Shown: positions 50,981 to 62,999, counted from the whole stretch's first letter. The stretch: 63,669 nt of DNA, filler included, from Reticulomyxa filosa (GCA_000512085.1; 29 parts of 29 records of this genome joined end to end with filler, not necessarily neighbours in it), one strand, 5' to 3'. Numbers and translations: made by a program. The notes: generated by a model not told the origin, from the letters alone.

Positions 50981-51199
50981 CTAGCTGGCTTTAACTTTTG
51001 TAAAGGTGTCAACAGTACACTGATTTGATTATAATCGATGATAATCAAATCAACTTTTTTTTTTTCAACACCGCATTTACTGCACCTACGCAGGTGCAAN
51101 NNNNNNNNNNNNNNNNNNNNNNNNNNNNNNNNNNNNNNNNNNNTTAATTAATTAANNNNNNNNNNNNNNNNNNNNNNNNNNNNNNNNNNNNNNNNNNNN

Positions 51200-52375
51200 T
51201 TTTATAGTGATTAAAAATTTTTTATAGTAGTTGGATTTTTGTGTGGTTTTTAACCTTTTTCACCGTTTGGCAACGTTTTTGTTGCAATTCATTTTAGGGG
51301 GCTATTGTCGTCGGCTCTGCATCTTGAGTGTTGTTTGACTGTGAAGTGCTTTAAAACCTACAGTGTATATTGACCTAACTCCTTTACTGGCAACGGGCGG
51401 CTTGTGTTAGAGGGTACCGACTAACGGATGATATTGCAAAGAAAGCAAAGCATCAATAATCGACGTTTCAAGTTATATTACACAGCTCAAGTATGCAACA
51501 AAAGAAGAAAAAAAGATTGATGAAATCACATTCGACGACAATTTCTGAGTACGAATACGCCAACGATCATCGTCACTCCAATCAAGTCCAAAGCAGCAAC
51601 ATCGGTGATTAAGTTCATTTTGCAGTTGATATTAATGAGCAGCAACTAACTCAACTAGCTCATAACTTCAATGATGCAAAGGATGGACAATAGAACAAAA
51701 AGAAAATCAAGATGGTAAACATATTGTGATCCAAGATGTGACATTTATCGAAAGACATTCGGTACTGAACAAAAGAAAAAGCGTGAAGAAGCAGTGACTA
51801 ATCCTGAAGTGAATAAATATGTCCTACTTCGAGGAGTATCAACTCGCGAAAGTGATGATGAAATCAAGGAGACATTGGAAGATTATGGATATCAAATACA
51901 AGAAGTAAAACGATTCCATAAGATGCCAATTGTCAAAGTGCTTCTATCCAAGAAAGGCAAATCAAGGCCAAAATCACATTTCAAGCAATGTAGGAAATGC
52001 TACATATTGAACCGTGAATGCCCAAGGAAGCGCAAAGTATGTAAATATTGCGGATTGGCAAATCACGAAGTGGCAAAATGCCGACACAAGAATAATCCAA
52101 GTAAACACAAATGCGTTTTATGCCGAAAGCAGCATCCAAGTGATTCATTGATTCGCAAAGCAAGAGAAAAGCTTGGTCTATTCCAAAGAATTATTCTTAG
52201 ATGTTGTAGTATCTAGTTGTTCTGTGCTACTTGGAGGAGTTGTATTGAATGGAATAAATTCAGAATGGGATCTATCTCATTTCACAAACAGGCTACGAGC
52301 AAGGCCCGGAAAGAAACGAAAAGGCCCCCAAAGGCTCAGACTTCAACAAATTTTTGTTTGTGCAATAGTTTAATT
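51200..52375 (+). mobile_element. Internally deleted LINE: 5' repeat, gag-like zinc-knuckle ORF1 remnant and a short RT snippet
   Basis: LLRGVS..EIKETL..GY; CRKC, CKYCGLANH...C, CVLCRKQH knuckles; VVLNGINSE RT fragment at ~52235. Confidence 0.8.
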
Positions 52376-52575
52376 GCCCGTTGCCAGTAAAGGAGTTAGG
52401 TCAATATACACTGTAGGTTTTAAAGCACTTCACAGTCAAACAACACTCAAGATGCAGAGCCGACGACAATAGCCCCCTAAAATGAATTGCAACAAAAACG
52501 TTGCCAAACGGTGAAAAAGGTTAAAAACCACACAAAAATCCAACTACTATAAAAAAATTTTTAATCACTATAAAA
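52376..52575 (-). repeat. ~200-bp near-perfect inverted copy of 51200-51398
   Basis: Direct reverse-complement match apart from homopolymer length differences. Confidence 0.95.
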
Positions 52576-52719
52576 ATTAATTTTACTAGTAAAAAAAAAA
52601 ATTTTCGGGCTTTGACTTGAGGATTCTTGTTGTGTTGAAACGACTTGACTTTTTCGACAATGTTCTAAGTTTACTTGAAGTGATATCGAGATGACCTTGA
52701 CGATTTTTCATGACGATCG

Positions 52720-53530
52720 TTAATGATGATAATATAGATTTATATATATATTTTTTTTTTCCAGTGGGGGCATCTGTGAAATTACATTCACTGTATCATA
52801 CGCTGTCGATTTCATAACACCAATTCTGCACATTGCCACTCTTTCATTGGAATTGATCCCATTCAATACAACTTGTCCAATTTGATCTTTGAGGAAACTA
52901 TCTAACCACCAATACATTCTACCTTTCAATCCAAATTTTTTTCTCATCTTGTTTCTTAATCCATATCTCCATACACTGTCATATGCTGAAGAGATATCCA
53001 ATAGCACTGCATATGATAATCCGTTATTATCAAACGACGAATAAATGGGTTCAGTCATTCGTAATAACAACTCAGGTTTATTGTGCCAAGATTGAAATCC
53101 TGCTTGGTATTGTGTTAATAATCGATTCTCATCCAGATACCACATTAACCTCATTGTTATTATTCTTTCCAGAATAACTTGGTGGTTGTGGAGGTTGAGA
53201 AAACCACGATACTAACATTTTAGCTTTTTCTAGGTCTGTCTTTGCAATCTTTCCAGTTATTGATTCCACCAATGCAGGAATTATTGAAACTTTGTTCGAA
53301 TTCATTGATTTAAATTGAGAAAATAACTGTCTTGTATTTTCTTCCTTCAATGATTCTTGTTTCTCCTGTCTCAATTTTCTCTTTAATTGCATTGCTGCTC
53401 GCTTGTATTCTTGTAGTTTACTTTTCAATCTATGAATTTGCTTTCTTTTTCTGTGAAGTGAATCACTCCACCAAGATTTATTTCCAAATAATCCTTGTTC
53501 CGATACTTTGCTTTGCTGATTCCACCACAC
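52720..53530 (-). mobile_element. Degenerate LINE reverse transcriptase fragment
   Basis: WW, EKAKML..F, QAGF, LLDISSAYDSVW, WLDSFL are non-LTR RT motifs; broken by frameshifts and deletions. Confidence 0.88.
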
Positions 53531-56139
53531 AATTAGTTTTTTTTTTTTTTTTTTTTTTTAGGTAGAGAATGTTGTAGCATTGAACTTCCAAAGAAACAAA
53601 AAGAAGGGAAAAAAACACCATAACCAAGCACCTCACTCACACGGAATACAGTACTAAAATTACAATGTCTTACAAAGTAATCAATAAATACAACATTATA
53701 CATGTTTATGCAATGTACTTAACTAACCAAAAAGACAATTAACTAAAGCAAAAATAAAAGTTTCATCGTCCCAGTGATGATGATTTATTGACATTCGTTG
53801 ATATTGTTCAGCAATACAATAATTTTCCAATCAAAACCAATGATGAGGGACTGTCTGCCAAAAATGGCGCTGGACAGTCAAATTTTCCAATTGTCCAAAA
53901 ATTTGCCAACTGAAATTTCTTTGAGAATTTTCATTCAATCGCTTTTTTTTTTCTTCAATCGCAATACCACAATAAACTTTCTTTCAAATGAACCTCAAAT
54001 ATCTATATATATTGAAGTCAATAGTTGCCTGGTATTCAAGTTCCCTTCAAAAAACAACTTTTTAAGTCAAGTTGAAAATGATATATNNNNNNNNNNNNNN
54101 NNNNNNNNNNNNNNNNNNNNNNNNNNNNNNTTAATTAATTAANNNNNNNNNNNNNNNNNNNNNNNNNNNNNNNNNNNNNNNNNNNNCCCCCCCCTTTTTT
54201 TTTTTTTTTTGTTTTTTTTTTTTTTTTGGTTTAGGTTTTTTTTTGGTTTTTTTTCCTGTTTGCTATGGCTACGTGTTGTGCAATATTAAAAGTTTCTTCA
54301 TTTTTCAACGTGATTGCTATATTGCGTTTGTGTTTGTGCTTGTGTTTGTGTTTATGTCTCTGTTTTGTTTTGTCTTATCTTGTCTTGCTTTTTTTACTGC
54401 TTCTTTTGGTTTTTTTTCCTTTCACTTTGTCGGAATGGCTTTTTCTTGTGTTTGCAATTCGTTGTGCATCGGTGGCTCTTAATTCTGCTTCAAACACTGT
54501 AAATATTTCCTTCTGTCAGCAAACAAACTAGTCGACACGAAATGAAATAAAAAACATTCTTTTTTGTTTGTTTCTTTCCTTTCCTTCAATTGTATTCTGT
54601 TGTGCTATGGTCACAGGCGGAGAAATATCATTTCCTTTTCGCATTTGATTCTCACTATTGAACAATAACAACTTTAAGGGAATCAGGTGTTTTTATTTTC
54701 TTAATTTTTTTACCCACAAATCTCTTGTTGTTTCTTGTTCTTTTTAATATTTTGATAAATTTATCTTTGTCCGACCATATTCCTTTCTTATTTTCAAGCC
54801 TTATGAAATGATTTCATGTCTAGCATTTATTCATTGCTCCAAATTGCTCGTTATTTTTAGAAGATATACCATTTTAAGTACAACCCATCCTTTCTTTATT
54901 GTACAAAAAGACGAACATTTTTAAAATTCGATTAGAAAAGCGGTTGTTTTCATTCTTTAGGAAATAGCAACAAATTTCTCTTATTAATTCGATTGTCAAA
55001 AGTTTAAATAATAAATTGTTTTGTAAATCAATTTTTTGGAATACTTGTTGTCAATTAAGAACGTTATGACTTGCCATTGTTGCGTAGATTTCACCTTAGA
55101 TTATTCGCATCATATAACCAACTTATTCTCAAAGTAATGTTCTGGTGCTAAACGTACTACTTTGGGTTTGCAAACACTAATATTGTTCCAAGGCGTTTAC
55201 ATACGTTTCTTAATTGCAAACATTAGCGTTCAATCGTATTAAAAAATTCGTTTTGGATACCAAAAGCTTTTGAAACAGTAAACTTTGTTTTGCCATAACG
55301 ACGTTAACTCTGTCAGTTGGTATTTTGTTGGCTCTTTTTCAACATTAGTGGAATTCATATCATGCATACGACGAAACAATTTCAAAGTGTTTTCAAAAAT
55401 ACTTTTCCAACAAACAGTAGTTAGCTAAAAATGTGTTAAATTTTTTTTTTTAAAGAAGTAGTGGTTGTGACGACCATGCACGTGCGCTACATAAAAAAAG
55501 ATTATTAACGTGTTTCAAAGTAGAAAAGTGTACTTATATGTAGTGTCAGCCGCTTGTTCATGATGTTCATAACTGGTGTCATCAAGTCTACGATAAAATG
55601 AATATGATGATCATTGGCTTTTTATTGTGTTCGATTGAATATTCACAATCACTTTCACAATATCAATGCTAGCAAGTCATACACAAGAGACTTGTATTAT
55701 AATGTGCGCAAGATATATTATTACAGTAACTGAATATAATACAATTCGCACGCAATATGCAATAATATCAGAACACATCTGGCAAATCTACTGTGTAAAC
55801 GCTGATGTTTGTTGACTCAACAGCACAAATACAGTTGCGAGCTTTGGCCATTAAGCTGCACCATATCCAGTCTTTTTTTTAAGTGATAACAATGAACTAA
55901 ACTTAACCACAATAAACAAAAATATGTCCTTTTTTTTGACCAAATGTTCAGAAGTAATAATTTATTGATGACTAGAACAAGCTAGTGTATGAACAATGTC
56001 AACTGAATGTTATTAAAAGGATAGAAAAGAAAACTGAAGATCCTTTAATTGCGAAAGTTTATGTGAAGCAGTAATACAAAAGTATTTATTAGTAAAACTG
56101 AGTGAATCTTTTTACAGACAAGTTACAGTATGTTGCAAA

Positions 56140-56272
56140 GAAAACTGAACGCCTAAAACATATCTTATGATGATAATTGATTTTCTCCATGAAAAATCAA
56201 CATTTAGACCTAATTTTTTTTTAAGTATCTATGCGACTTGGAGATTTCTAAAATGTAAACAAAAAAATTTGA
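56140..56272 (+). repeat. Repeat family B copy with an internally inverted segment
   Basis: 56140-56222 matches 2733-2818 directly; 56223-56272 is the reverse complement of 2861-2910. Confidence 0.85.
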
Positions 56273-56435
56273 TAATTTCTTAATTTTAATAAAAGTGCAA
56301 ATGATACGCATTCTCGNNNNNNNNNNNNNNNNNNNNNNNNNNNNNNNNNNNNNNNNNNNNTTAATTAATTAANNNNNNNNNNNNNNNNNNNNNNNNNNNN
56401 NNNNNNNNNNNNNNNNAAAAAAAAACAACATGCAG

Positions 56436-56896
56436 GTGGGGTGATATTGCTGCAACTGCGAACCAACAAAAACCAGAATGACACCGATACCCCTTTTCAA
56501 GAAATTAGTTTGGTGTCCTCGTATAAAGACAGAGATGACCGTGAGTACTCGAGCCAGAAGCAAGTGCATTTGAGATGGAAGTCGCAAGACAGGTATTATG
56601 CGAATTTGGGAATACGAAAAGCCGTATTATTGACAAAGTATGTGCAAACTGTCAAACAATGGATCAAGCAAGAACGAAGCCATCTTGCCAACAATGACGT
56701 CAATACGTGGGAACGACAGTCTACATCTTTGCAGGTTTCAGAAACTTCCAAAATTTTTTTGTTGCAAATGAAACAGCTGTTTGAACAAGAAATGCAAGTT
56801 ATCGGAGATTCCAAGTTGCAACAAGAATTAGACATTTTGAACTTTCTCGTTGACTACGAGCCCAAAAACAACTCTTCTTCTTTTTCTATTTTTTAG
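56436..56896 (+). CDS. C-terminal exon of a vWA-domain-associated protein
   Basis: YANLGIRKAVLLTKYV...WERQSTSLQVS...FEQEMQVIGDSKLQQELDIL resembles the C-terminus of prokaryotic-type vWA proteins (recalled, not searched). Confidence 0.55.
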
Positions 56897-58858
56897 TCAC
56901 CATAACTTCCTCAAATTTTGATACAGTACTCTTTTTCGATTATTGTTTTGGCACGTTGAAAAAAGAAAACTGTGCCTTTAAAACATACTGTTTTCCAAAC
57001 TAAAAAAACACAATCCAGTTTCATGGTCAAATAAAAGAGCATAGCTTTTTTTAAGAATAATGCCCCTTCCACTTCCTCCAATTCGAGGAGAACCAGAAAA
57101 TTTCTTTTCTAAAAAACAATTACATTTTCTAAAAAAAACTTCGTTTTTTATTTCTTTGGATGACCACTTCCTGTTTTGGAGCTAACTTTACTTTTGCTTG
57201 TTTGAGTTTTCACAGATGGGTTAGACGACTGCGGTCTATCGAAATTTTTTTGACAAATGCTTTTTTAAAATGGAGTTGGTTGCCTTTGAGCTGTTTTGTT
57301 ACCTGCTCTTGTTGGCATGTGAAGTGCCACGTTGCCACGAGGGCTGTATCGCTTTTTGCTTTGCTGTTTGTGCTTCAGGTGGTATCTTTTGCAAATGTTT
57401 CCCACTTGTTCTGACAAATAAGGTTCCATCAGTTGCCTTAAATGAACGAGGAGCGTTGGACATTTTCAATACTTTGAGACTTTTTCAACGGTAAACCCAA
57501 AAAAATTCCACTCTGAAACTGACCCCTACAAACGTTTGTAACTTTATTTACAAAAAATTTTGATTTTTCACCGACAAAATTGCAAATGTTCGAAGGCCTA
57601 TAATTTGTAATCTTCTTTTACATTTACACTACTGAATCAGGCACTTTTTTCTATGCTCGTTGCGAAGTCAAAAAAAAGATGGAAAGTGTGTTTATGAAAC
57701 AATAATTGATGGTTTACTTAGACCCAAAAGTCAAAAGTGTAAACATCAAGCTCAGATTTGAATCTAACTTTATGTCAACATGTTATTTCTCATTTGAAGA
57801 TCTTACACTTTGCGGTGTGAAAAAAAAATCAAATTTAACAGCTTGTACCATAACACAAACAAAGCAGAAATGAAAACAAACATTTATATAGTATTATAGT
57901 ACAATACTACGTGCACAGAGCCATAATTAATTCTATCGGCCTCATATAATAATTCCATTTGCTACCCTTTTTATTCTTTAATTTACTTTTAAGTTTACGT
58001 CGCTGTGTTCAAGGTCCTGTTTCCCTACAGTATGACGAGGCAAATGACATTGCGCCCAAATCAAAGAAATCTCAAAATAATTTCAAGATCGTTCCCACAG
58101 TACAAATAAATGTAATACGAAAAGCTTGTTACTGGAATGAACCTTCAATAAAACAACAGTAAATCAAATAAGAAAATAAGCCACAAGAACGGTGAAAATA
58201 AAGAAACAAGGAAAATTTTTGGCGAAAGTGAAGTTTTAGTTATAAAAAGGTTCAAACACCATTCAACAGTTGGTAGATCGTTGACCTACATGCTGATGAA
58301 AGTTTTTGTTCTTCATTTCATTCAATGTTCTGAACATCTAAGAGAATAGAAATATGCCTCTGGACCGATGAGTGTTGAATGAAATAAAGATACAATAGAT
58401 TACAGAAAAAACTGCTATACCTAAGTGGAATTATTATAAAGAGAATCGATTTTCTCCATGAAAAATAACATTTAACAATAATTTTTAAAAATATCTACAA
58501 ATCTTGTAGTATTTAAATATAAAATTTTTTAAAAAAATTTTGGTTGTTATTTTGAGGGTTCGGTCTTTGAACTTATTTTATTGCAACAAATAAAAAGCTA
58601 AAATTAAAAAATAGTTTTATCATTGAGGGTGTAAGTGATTGAAACAAATAACTTTAAAAATTATCAAACTAAGCACCAAAAGTTAGTCTCAAAATCAAAA
58701 AATCAAAGTTTAGTAAAGTGATTATCATAATTTGGCTTGCTTTGACTCAAAAATTTGGGTGTGTCTGCAAGATAAATAACAAAGTCAATTATAAAATTCA
58801 TAAAAAAATATTAAAAAAATGAATCATAATTTAACTTTTTTTTATACGCAAATTTATG

Positions 58859-59291
58859 CGCTATTTTGCGTTTGGATTTGGCTGGACGAGACTTTGACTG
58901 ATTACTTGATGAAAATTTGGATGGAAACAAAATATTGATTAATAACCAGTGCTAAAAGAGAAATTGTCCGTGACATTAAGGAAAAATTAGCTTATGTTGC
59001 CAAAGATTACCAGGCAGAATTGAAGAAAGCTAAAACATCAAGTGACATTGGAATTACCTGACAGACAAGTTATGACAATTGGCGCTGAACAATTCAGATA
59101 TCCCTGAGGTATTGTTCTCACCCAACTTGATTGGAAAGGAAAGTGATGGAATTTACAAATTGGTTTACGAAAGTATAATGAAATGTGATGTAGACATCCA
59201 TCGATATTTGTACACGAACACTGTGTTGTCTAGAGGCAAGGCTATGTTAATAATATTTGATGTCAGTTTGACTAAGGAAATGACTACTTAG
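58859..59291 (+). pseudogene. Actin pseudogene fragment
   Basis: [44 protein letters not shown], with frameshifts and stops; no introns in this stretch. Confidence 0.92.
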
Positions 59292-59710
59292 CTGTTGTAT
59301 GTAAAACTTGGAGCATGATACTGAATGGACTTACTAAATTTTGCAATTACGCTTTTTTCATTGTGGACGGCAAAAAAATTTACTAAAATTTTTTACGTTA
59401 AAAAAGTAATTATTGCACATTTTTTTGACAGATATATAGCTTGATGTTTGGTTTGTAACTTTTTCACAATTGCAAAGTAATAACAATAAAAGTAATGATA
59501 TTGATAATAGAACTGAATATTTTTTTATTTATATACTTTTGCAATTTTTAAAAAAAACATTGGACGAAGCTTTTTTTAAACAACAAAGTAATATAGATAC
59601 ATCTTTCAATAATTGCGCTAAATCAAATCAAACAAGTTTAATATCAACTTTTAATCAAACTTTTTAAAAAAAAGCACACTTTAATTACTTATTGGACAAA
59701 AAGTAAATTA

Positions 59711-60075
59711 TCACCAAATACGAATGTTGCCTTTGCTTAAACCATAGCACAAATTTAAATGATTATTTGTATTATCTTTCTTTTTCAATTCAATAAATTT
59801 AAGACAAATCACTGCATAATTGTTTATTTTATTTTCTTCGATTATATGCCATTCACTCTTATTTGATCGAATATCCCAAAAACGAATTGTAGTATCACTT
59901 GAATTTGTTGACAAGATCGAATATCACATAAACGAACACTTCTATCGCATGATCCAGATAATATTGTATTTAATAATTCATTAGATCCATATTTTACACT
60001 AATCACATAATCTGTATATCCTTTGAGTACATTTAATTTGGTTATTTCAATATCCCATATTCGAATGGTTTTATT
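59711..60075 (-). pseudogene. WD40-repeat pseudogene (same family as 46760-47185)
   Basis: IRIWDIE, VKYGSNELLNTILSGS, SSDTTIRFWDIRS, LCYGLSKGNIRIW. Confidence 0.85.
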
Positions 60076-60540
60076 GTATAAAAATATATGTAATCATCAT
60101 TTGAAAACGAAATAAAAAAATTTCAACTTATATTAAATATTGTAGTTTTCTTATAACGTTAAAATGTCATTCGAATGTTGTATTTAAAAAAGCAGCATGA
60201 TGTACATAATAATATTCTGTAATTGTCATCAAAACATCAACAAATTGATTTAACCATTAGCAGTATTTTTTTTTTGAACTGCAGCGCAATTATTTGTTGC
60301 TTGAGCTTCTTTTTCCAAAATTCTTTTCACAAACTGATTTTTACTTTGAAAGCTGTTTTTGCATTTAAACTTACTTTGTCGAAAAAATAATAAGTAATCA
60401 GAAGATAATGTAAGAATAATTAGATAATGTATTTATTCATNNNNNNNNNNNNNNNNNNNNNNNNNNNNNNNNNNNNNNNNNNNNTTAATTAATTAANNNN
60501 NNNNNNNNNNNNNNNNNNNNNNNNNNNNNNNNNNNNNNNN

Positions 60541-60696
60541 TATACAGTTGAGAGTATAAATTGCAACGTCAGGCATTATCTAGCTAGATTTAGGCGCAGG
60601 TCAGGATGCTATTCAAAATCTCCAGCTATGGTTGAATTAGCCATAGTCTTCTTATTTGAAGAAGACTTGTTGATGTATCTTTAAGGTAGCAATCCC
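60541..60696 (+). mobile_element. IS1-family element, 3' end (InsB C-terminus and right terminal repeat)
   Basis: YTVESINCNVRHYLARFRRRSGCYSKS is the IS1 InsB C-terminal motif. The terminus reads GGGATTGCTACC on the minus strand, fitting the IS1 GGnnnTG end. Confidence 0.85.
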
Positions 60697-61669
60697 AAAA
60701 AAGCTATCACTAATTATCCGGATTTAAAGGATATTAAGGGTCAGAAATTTGCTAAACGTGCATTAGAAATTGCTTGCAGCAGGTGGACATAATATGTGAA
60801 TGGTGGGTCCTCCAGGTTCTGGCAAGTCGATGCTTGCCAAAAGATTACCTGCATTGCTTCCACCACTTAGTTCTGAAGAAGTGTTGGATATAAGTGTGAT
60901 TACTAGTATTGCGGGAATGATGAATAACGAAGAAGGTATTGTTACCAAGCGTCCGTTTCGTGACCCTCATTCATCACCTTCCATGGCTGCTATCGTAGGT
61001 GGCGGTAAGCAGGCTAAGCCTGGAGAAATTACTCTTGCACATCAAGGAGTTTTATTTTTAGATGAGTTACCTGAATTTTCCAGAGATGTATTGGAATCCT
61101 TAAGGCAACCAATTGAAAATGGAACCATTACCATTGCGAGGGTCAATTCTCATATCACTTATCCATCAAGATTTCAGTTAATCGCCGCGATGAATCCATG
61201 TAAATGTGGCTATTTTGGTGATATAAAGGCCACTTGCTCTAAGGCACCAAAATGCGCTGAAGATTATCAATCAAAGATATCAGGCCCTTTGCTTGATAGA
61301 TTTGATATAAGAGTAGATGTCCCTCATATTAATGCTTTTGAGGTCGAAGATAATGATGCTGAATCTACTTCAGATGTAGCAAAAAGAATTGGGTCTGCTA
61401 TTGATATTCAAAAGGAACGTTACAAAGGCTTAGGCTTTTCAGTAAATGCGTTAGTTGACGGTGAAGTATTAATAAAATTTACTGAGATGGATAATGCCAG
61501 CAAAAACTTTTTAAAAAATGCAGTAGAAAAGTTTAGACTTTCAATGCGTGGTTATAATAGAGTATTAAGAGTAGCTAGGACTATAGCAGATTTAGCAAGG
61601 CAAGAAGCAATCAATATTGAACATATAGCAGAGGCTATATGCTATAGAAATAATAAATACCAGGGTTAA
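60697..61669 (+). pseudogene. comM: ComM/YifB Mg-chelatase-family ATPase pseudogene (5' half removed by IS1; frameshift and nonsense codon)
   Basis: DLKDIKGQ..AKRALEIA(+1 nt)AAGGHNM*MVGPPGSGKS; RPFRDPH, PGEITLAHQGVLFLDELPEF, AAMNPCKCG, ISGPLLDRFD, RVARTIADL. Confidence 0.92.
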
Positions 61670-62128
61670 ATGCAAAAGTATTTCGGACCAAAAAAATTAT
61701 CTTCAGTGGTTGAAAAAGTTACTCAACCAGCGATTAAAGAGCAAGGTTATTTATTGTTTAAATTAACTTCGTATTGGCATGTTATTGTAGGGCAAAAGCT
61801 TGCTGAAATTTGCTTTCCCATAAAGTTAAATTTTCCACCCCAATCTAGCAAAGATGGCATATTGTATTTAGAAATCAATAATCCAGGATTTGGATTAGAA
61901 ATTCAAGCAAATGAAGCATCAATAATAGAAAGAATTTCTGGATACATAGGTTATCAAGCGATTGCAAGGATAAAGCTAATCATCTCGGTTAAAAAGAGAG
62001 AGCAAAAGAGGCAATCTCCAGCTATACAAGAAAATATCAATAATGAAAGTATCAATAGTACAATTGAAAATATTGAAGATGCAGAGATAAGAAATATACT
62101 CGAAAACATAGCTAAGCAAATATTTTGA
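61670..62128 (+). CDS. dciA: DUF721/DciA replicative helicase loader (alphaproteobacterial type)
   Basis: W..IVG..LA....PIKL.F.......L.....G.LEIQ.....IIERI..YIGY.AIARIKL; its ATG directly follows the comM stop. Confidence 0.8.
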   Translation: MQKYFGPKKLSSVVEKVTQPAIKEQGYLLFKLTSYWHVIVGQKLAEICFPIKLNFPPQSSKDGILYLEINNPGFGLEIQANEASIIERISGYIGYQAIARIKLIISVKKREQKRQSPAIQENINNESINSTIENIEDAEIRNILENIAKQIF

Positions 62129-62147
62129 ATATGCTTGCTAATAAATT

Positions 62148-62219
62148 TTTACGGAATGGATTGTTAAAGCGTTAAAACCAAACGGCAAAGCTTTTATTGT
62201 TCTTCCTGATGGAATTTTC
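62148..62219 (+). pseudogene. Remnant of an N6-methyltransferase (HsdM-type), cut by an IS1 end
   Basis: Translates FTEWIVKALKPNGKAFIVLPDGIF, matching the LKPxGRxAIVLPDGILF motif; ends exactly at the IS terminus. Confidence 0.7.
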
Positions 62220-62294
62220 GGGATTGCTACCTTAAAGATACACCAACAAGCCTTCTTCAAATAAGAAGACTATGGCTAATTCAACCATAGCTGG
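62220..62294 (-). mobile_element. Second IS1 right end, inverted relative to the first
   Basis: 75-bp reverse-complement match to 60622-60696 with 2 mismatches. Confidence 0.9.
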
Positions 62295-62999
62295 CAGGGC
62301 GATCGGATGAAATAAATACAAAATAGTTGAGAAAAAGAGAGGAAAGTAGAAGCATAGAGGTATAAACCAAAANNNNNNNNNNNNNNNNNNNNNNNNNNNN
62401 NNNNNNNNNNNNNNNNTTAATTAATTAANNNNNNNNNNNNNNNNNNNNNNNNNNNNNNNNNNNNNNNNNNNNTTTTCTATTTTTTTGGCAGAGGAAGGAA
62501 TTATAAAAAAAACTTCTATTGAATTTGCAGCAATAAATACTATCAATAATGGCGTGCCATTTGTTGAGAAAGACAAAGGGACAAATAAACAATAATAAAT
62601 AAAATTTGTAAACTATGTTCTTGAACTTGTTTTGTTTCATACTTTTTTTAAAAAAATACAAATTCAAAATAAGTTATTTGCCTGGCTGCATTAAATTTCT
62701 AATAACTACTTACAAATAAGTAATGATAAGAATGAAAATATATTTGGACACGAGAATAATGATAAACAGTCATTTGGATTCGTTATTCAGCATTTTATTT
62801 AGGTAAGCAAAATGTTGGACGAGCACACCAAATATTAAAGGGTGCATTGGAGATTATTCTTGATACAGAAGAACGAGAGCGTTTGAATATATGGATTGTA
62901 TGGACGAATTTGGAATATATGTATGGAATTGAAGAAACATTATTGGAAACATTTAAGAGTGGCTGTAAAAATTGTGATGAAGAGTAAGTAATATTTTGA

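Noticed and set aside
54187-56100. Short ORFs in AT-rich DNA
   Set aside because: No recognisable motifs; low complexity or intergenic.
60797-60799. In-frame TGA in comM as evidence of genetic code 4 or 25
   Set aside because: It falls at a position that is normally Leu, not Trp or Gly, sits next to a frameshift, and dciA in the same contig ends in TGA.
60541-62372. Horizontal transfer of bacterial genes into the protist genome
   Set aside because: No host sequence or introns occur on these contigs; a co-sequenced bacterium is the simpler explanation.
1001-62472. Regularly recurring TTAATTAATTAA palindrome as a biological repeat or CRISPR-like array
   Set aside because: It is always embedded in fixed-length N runs, so it is an artificial contig linker.
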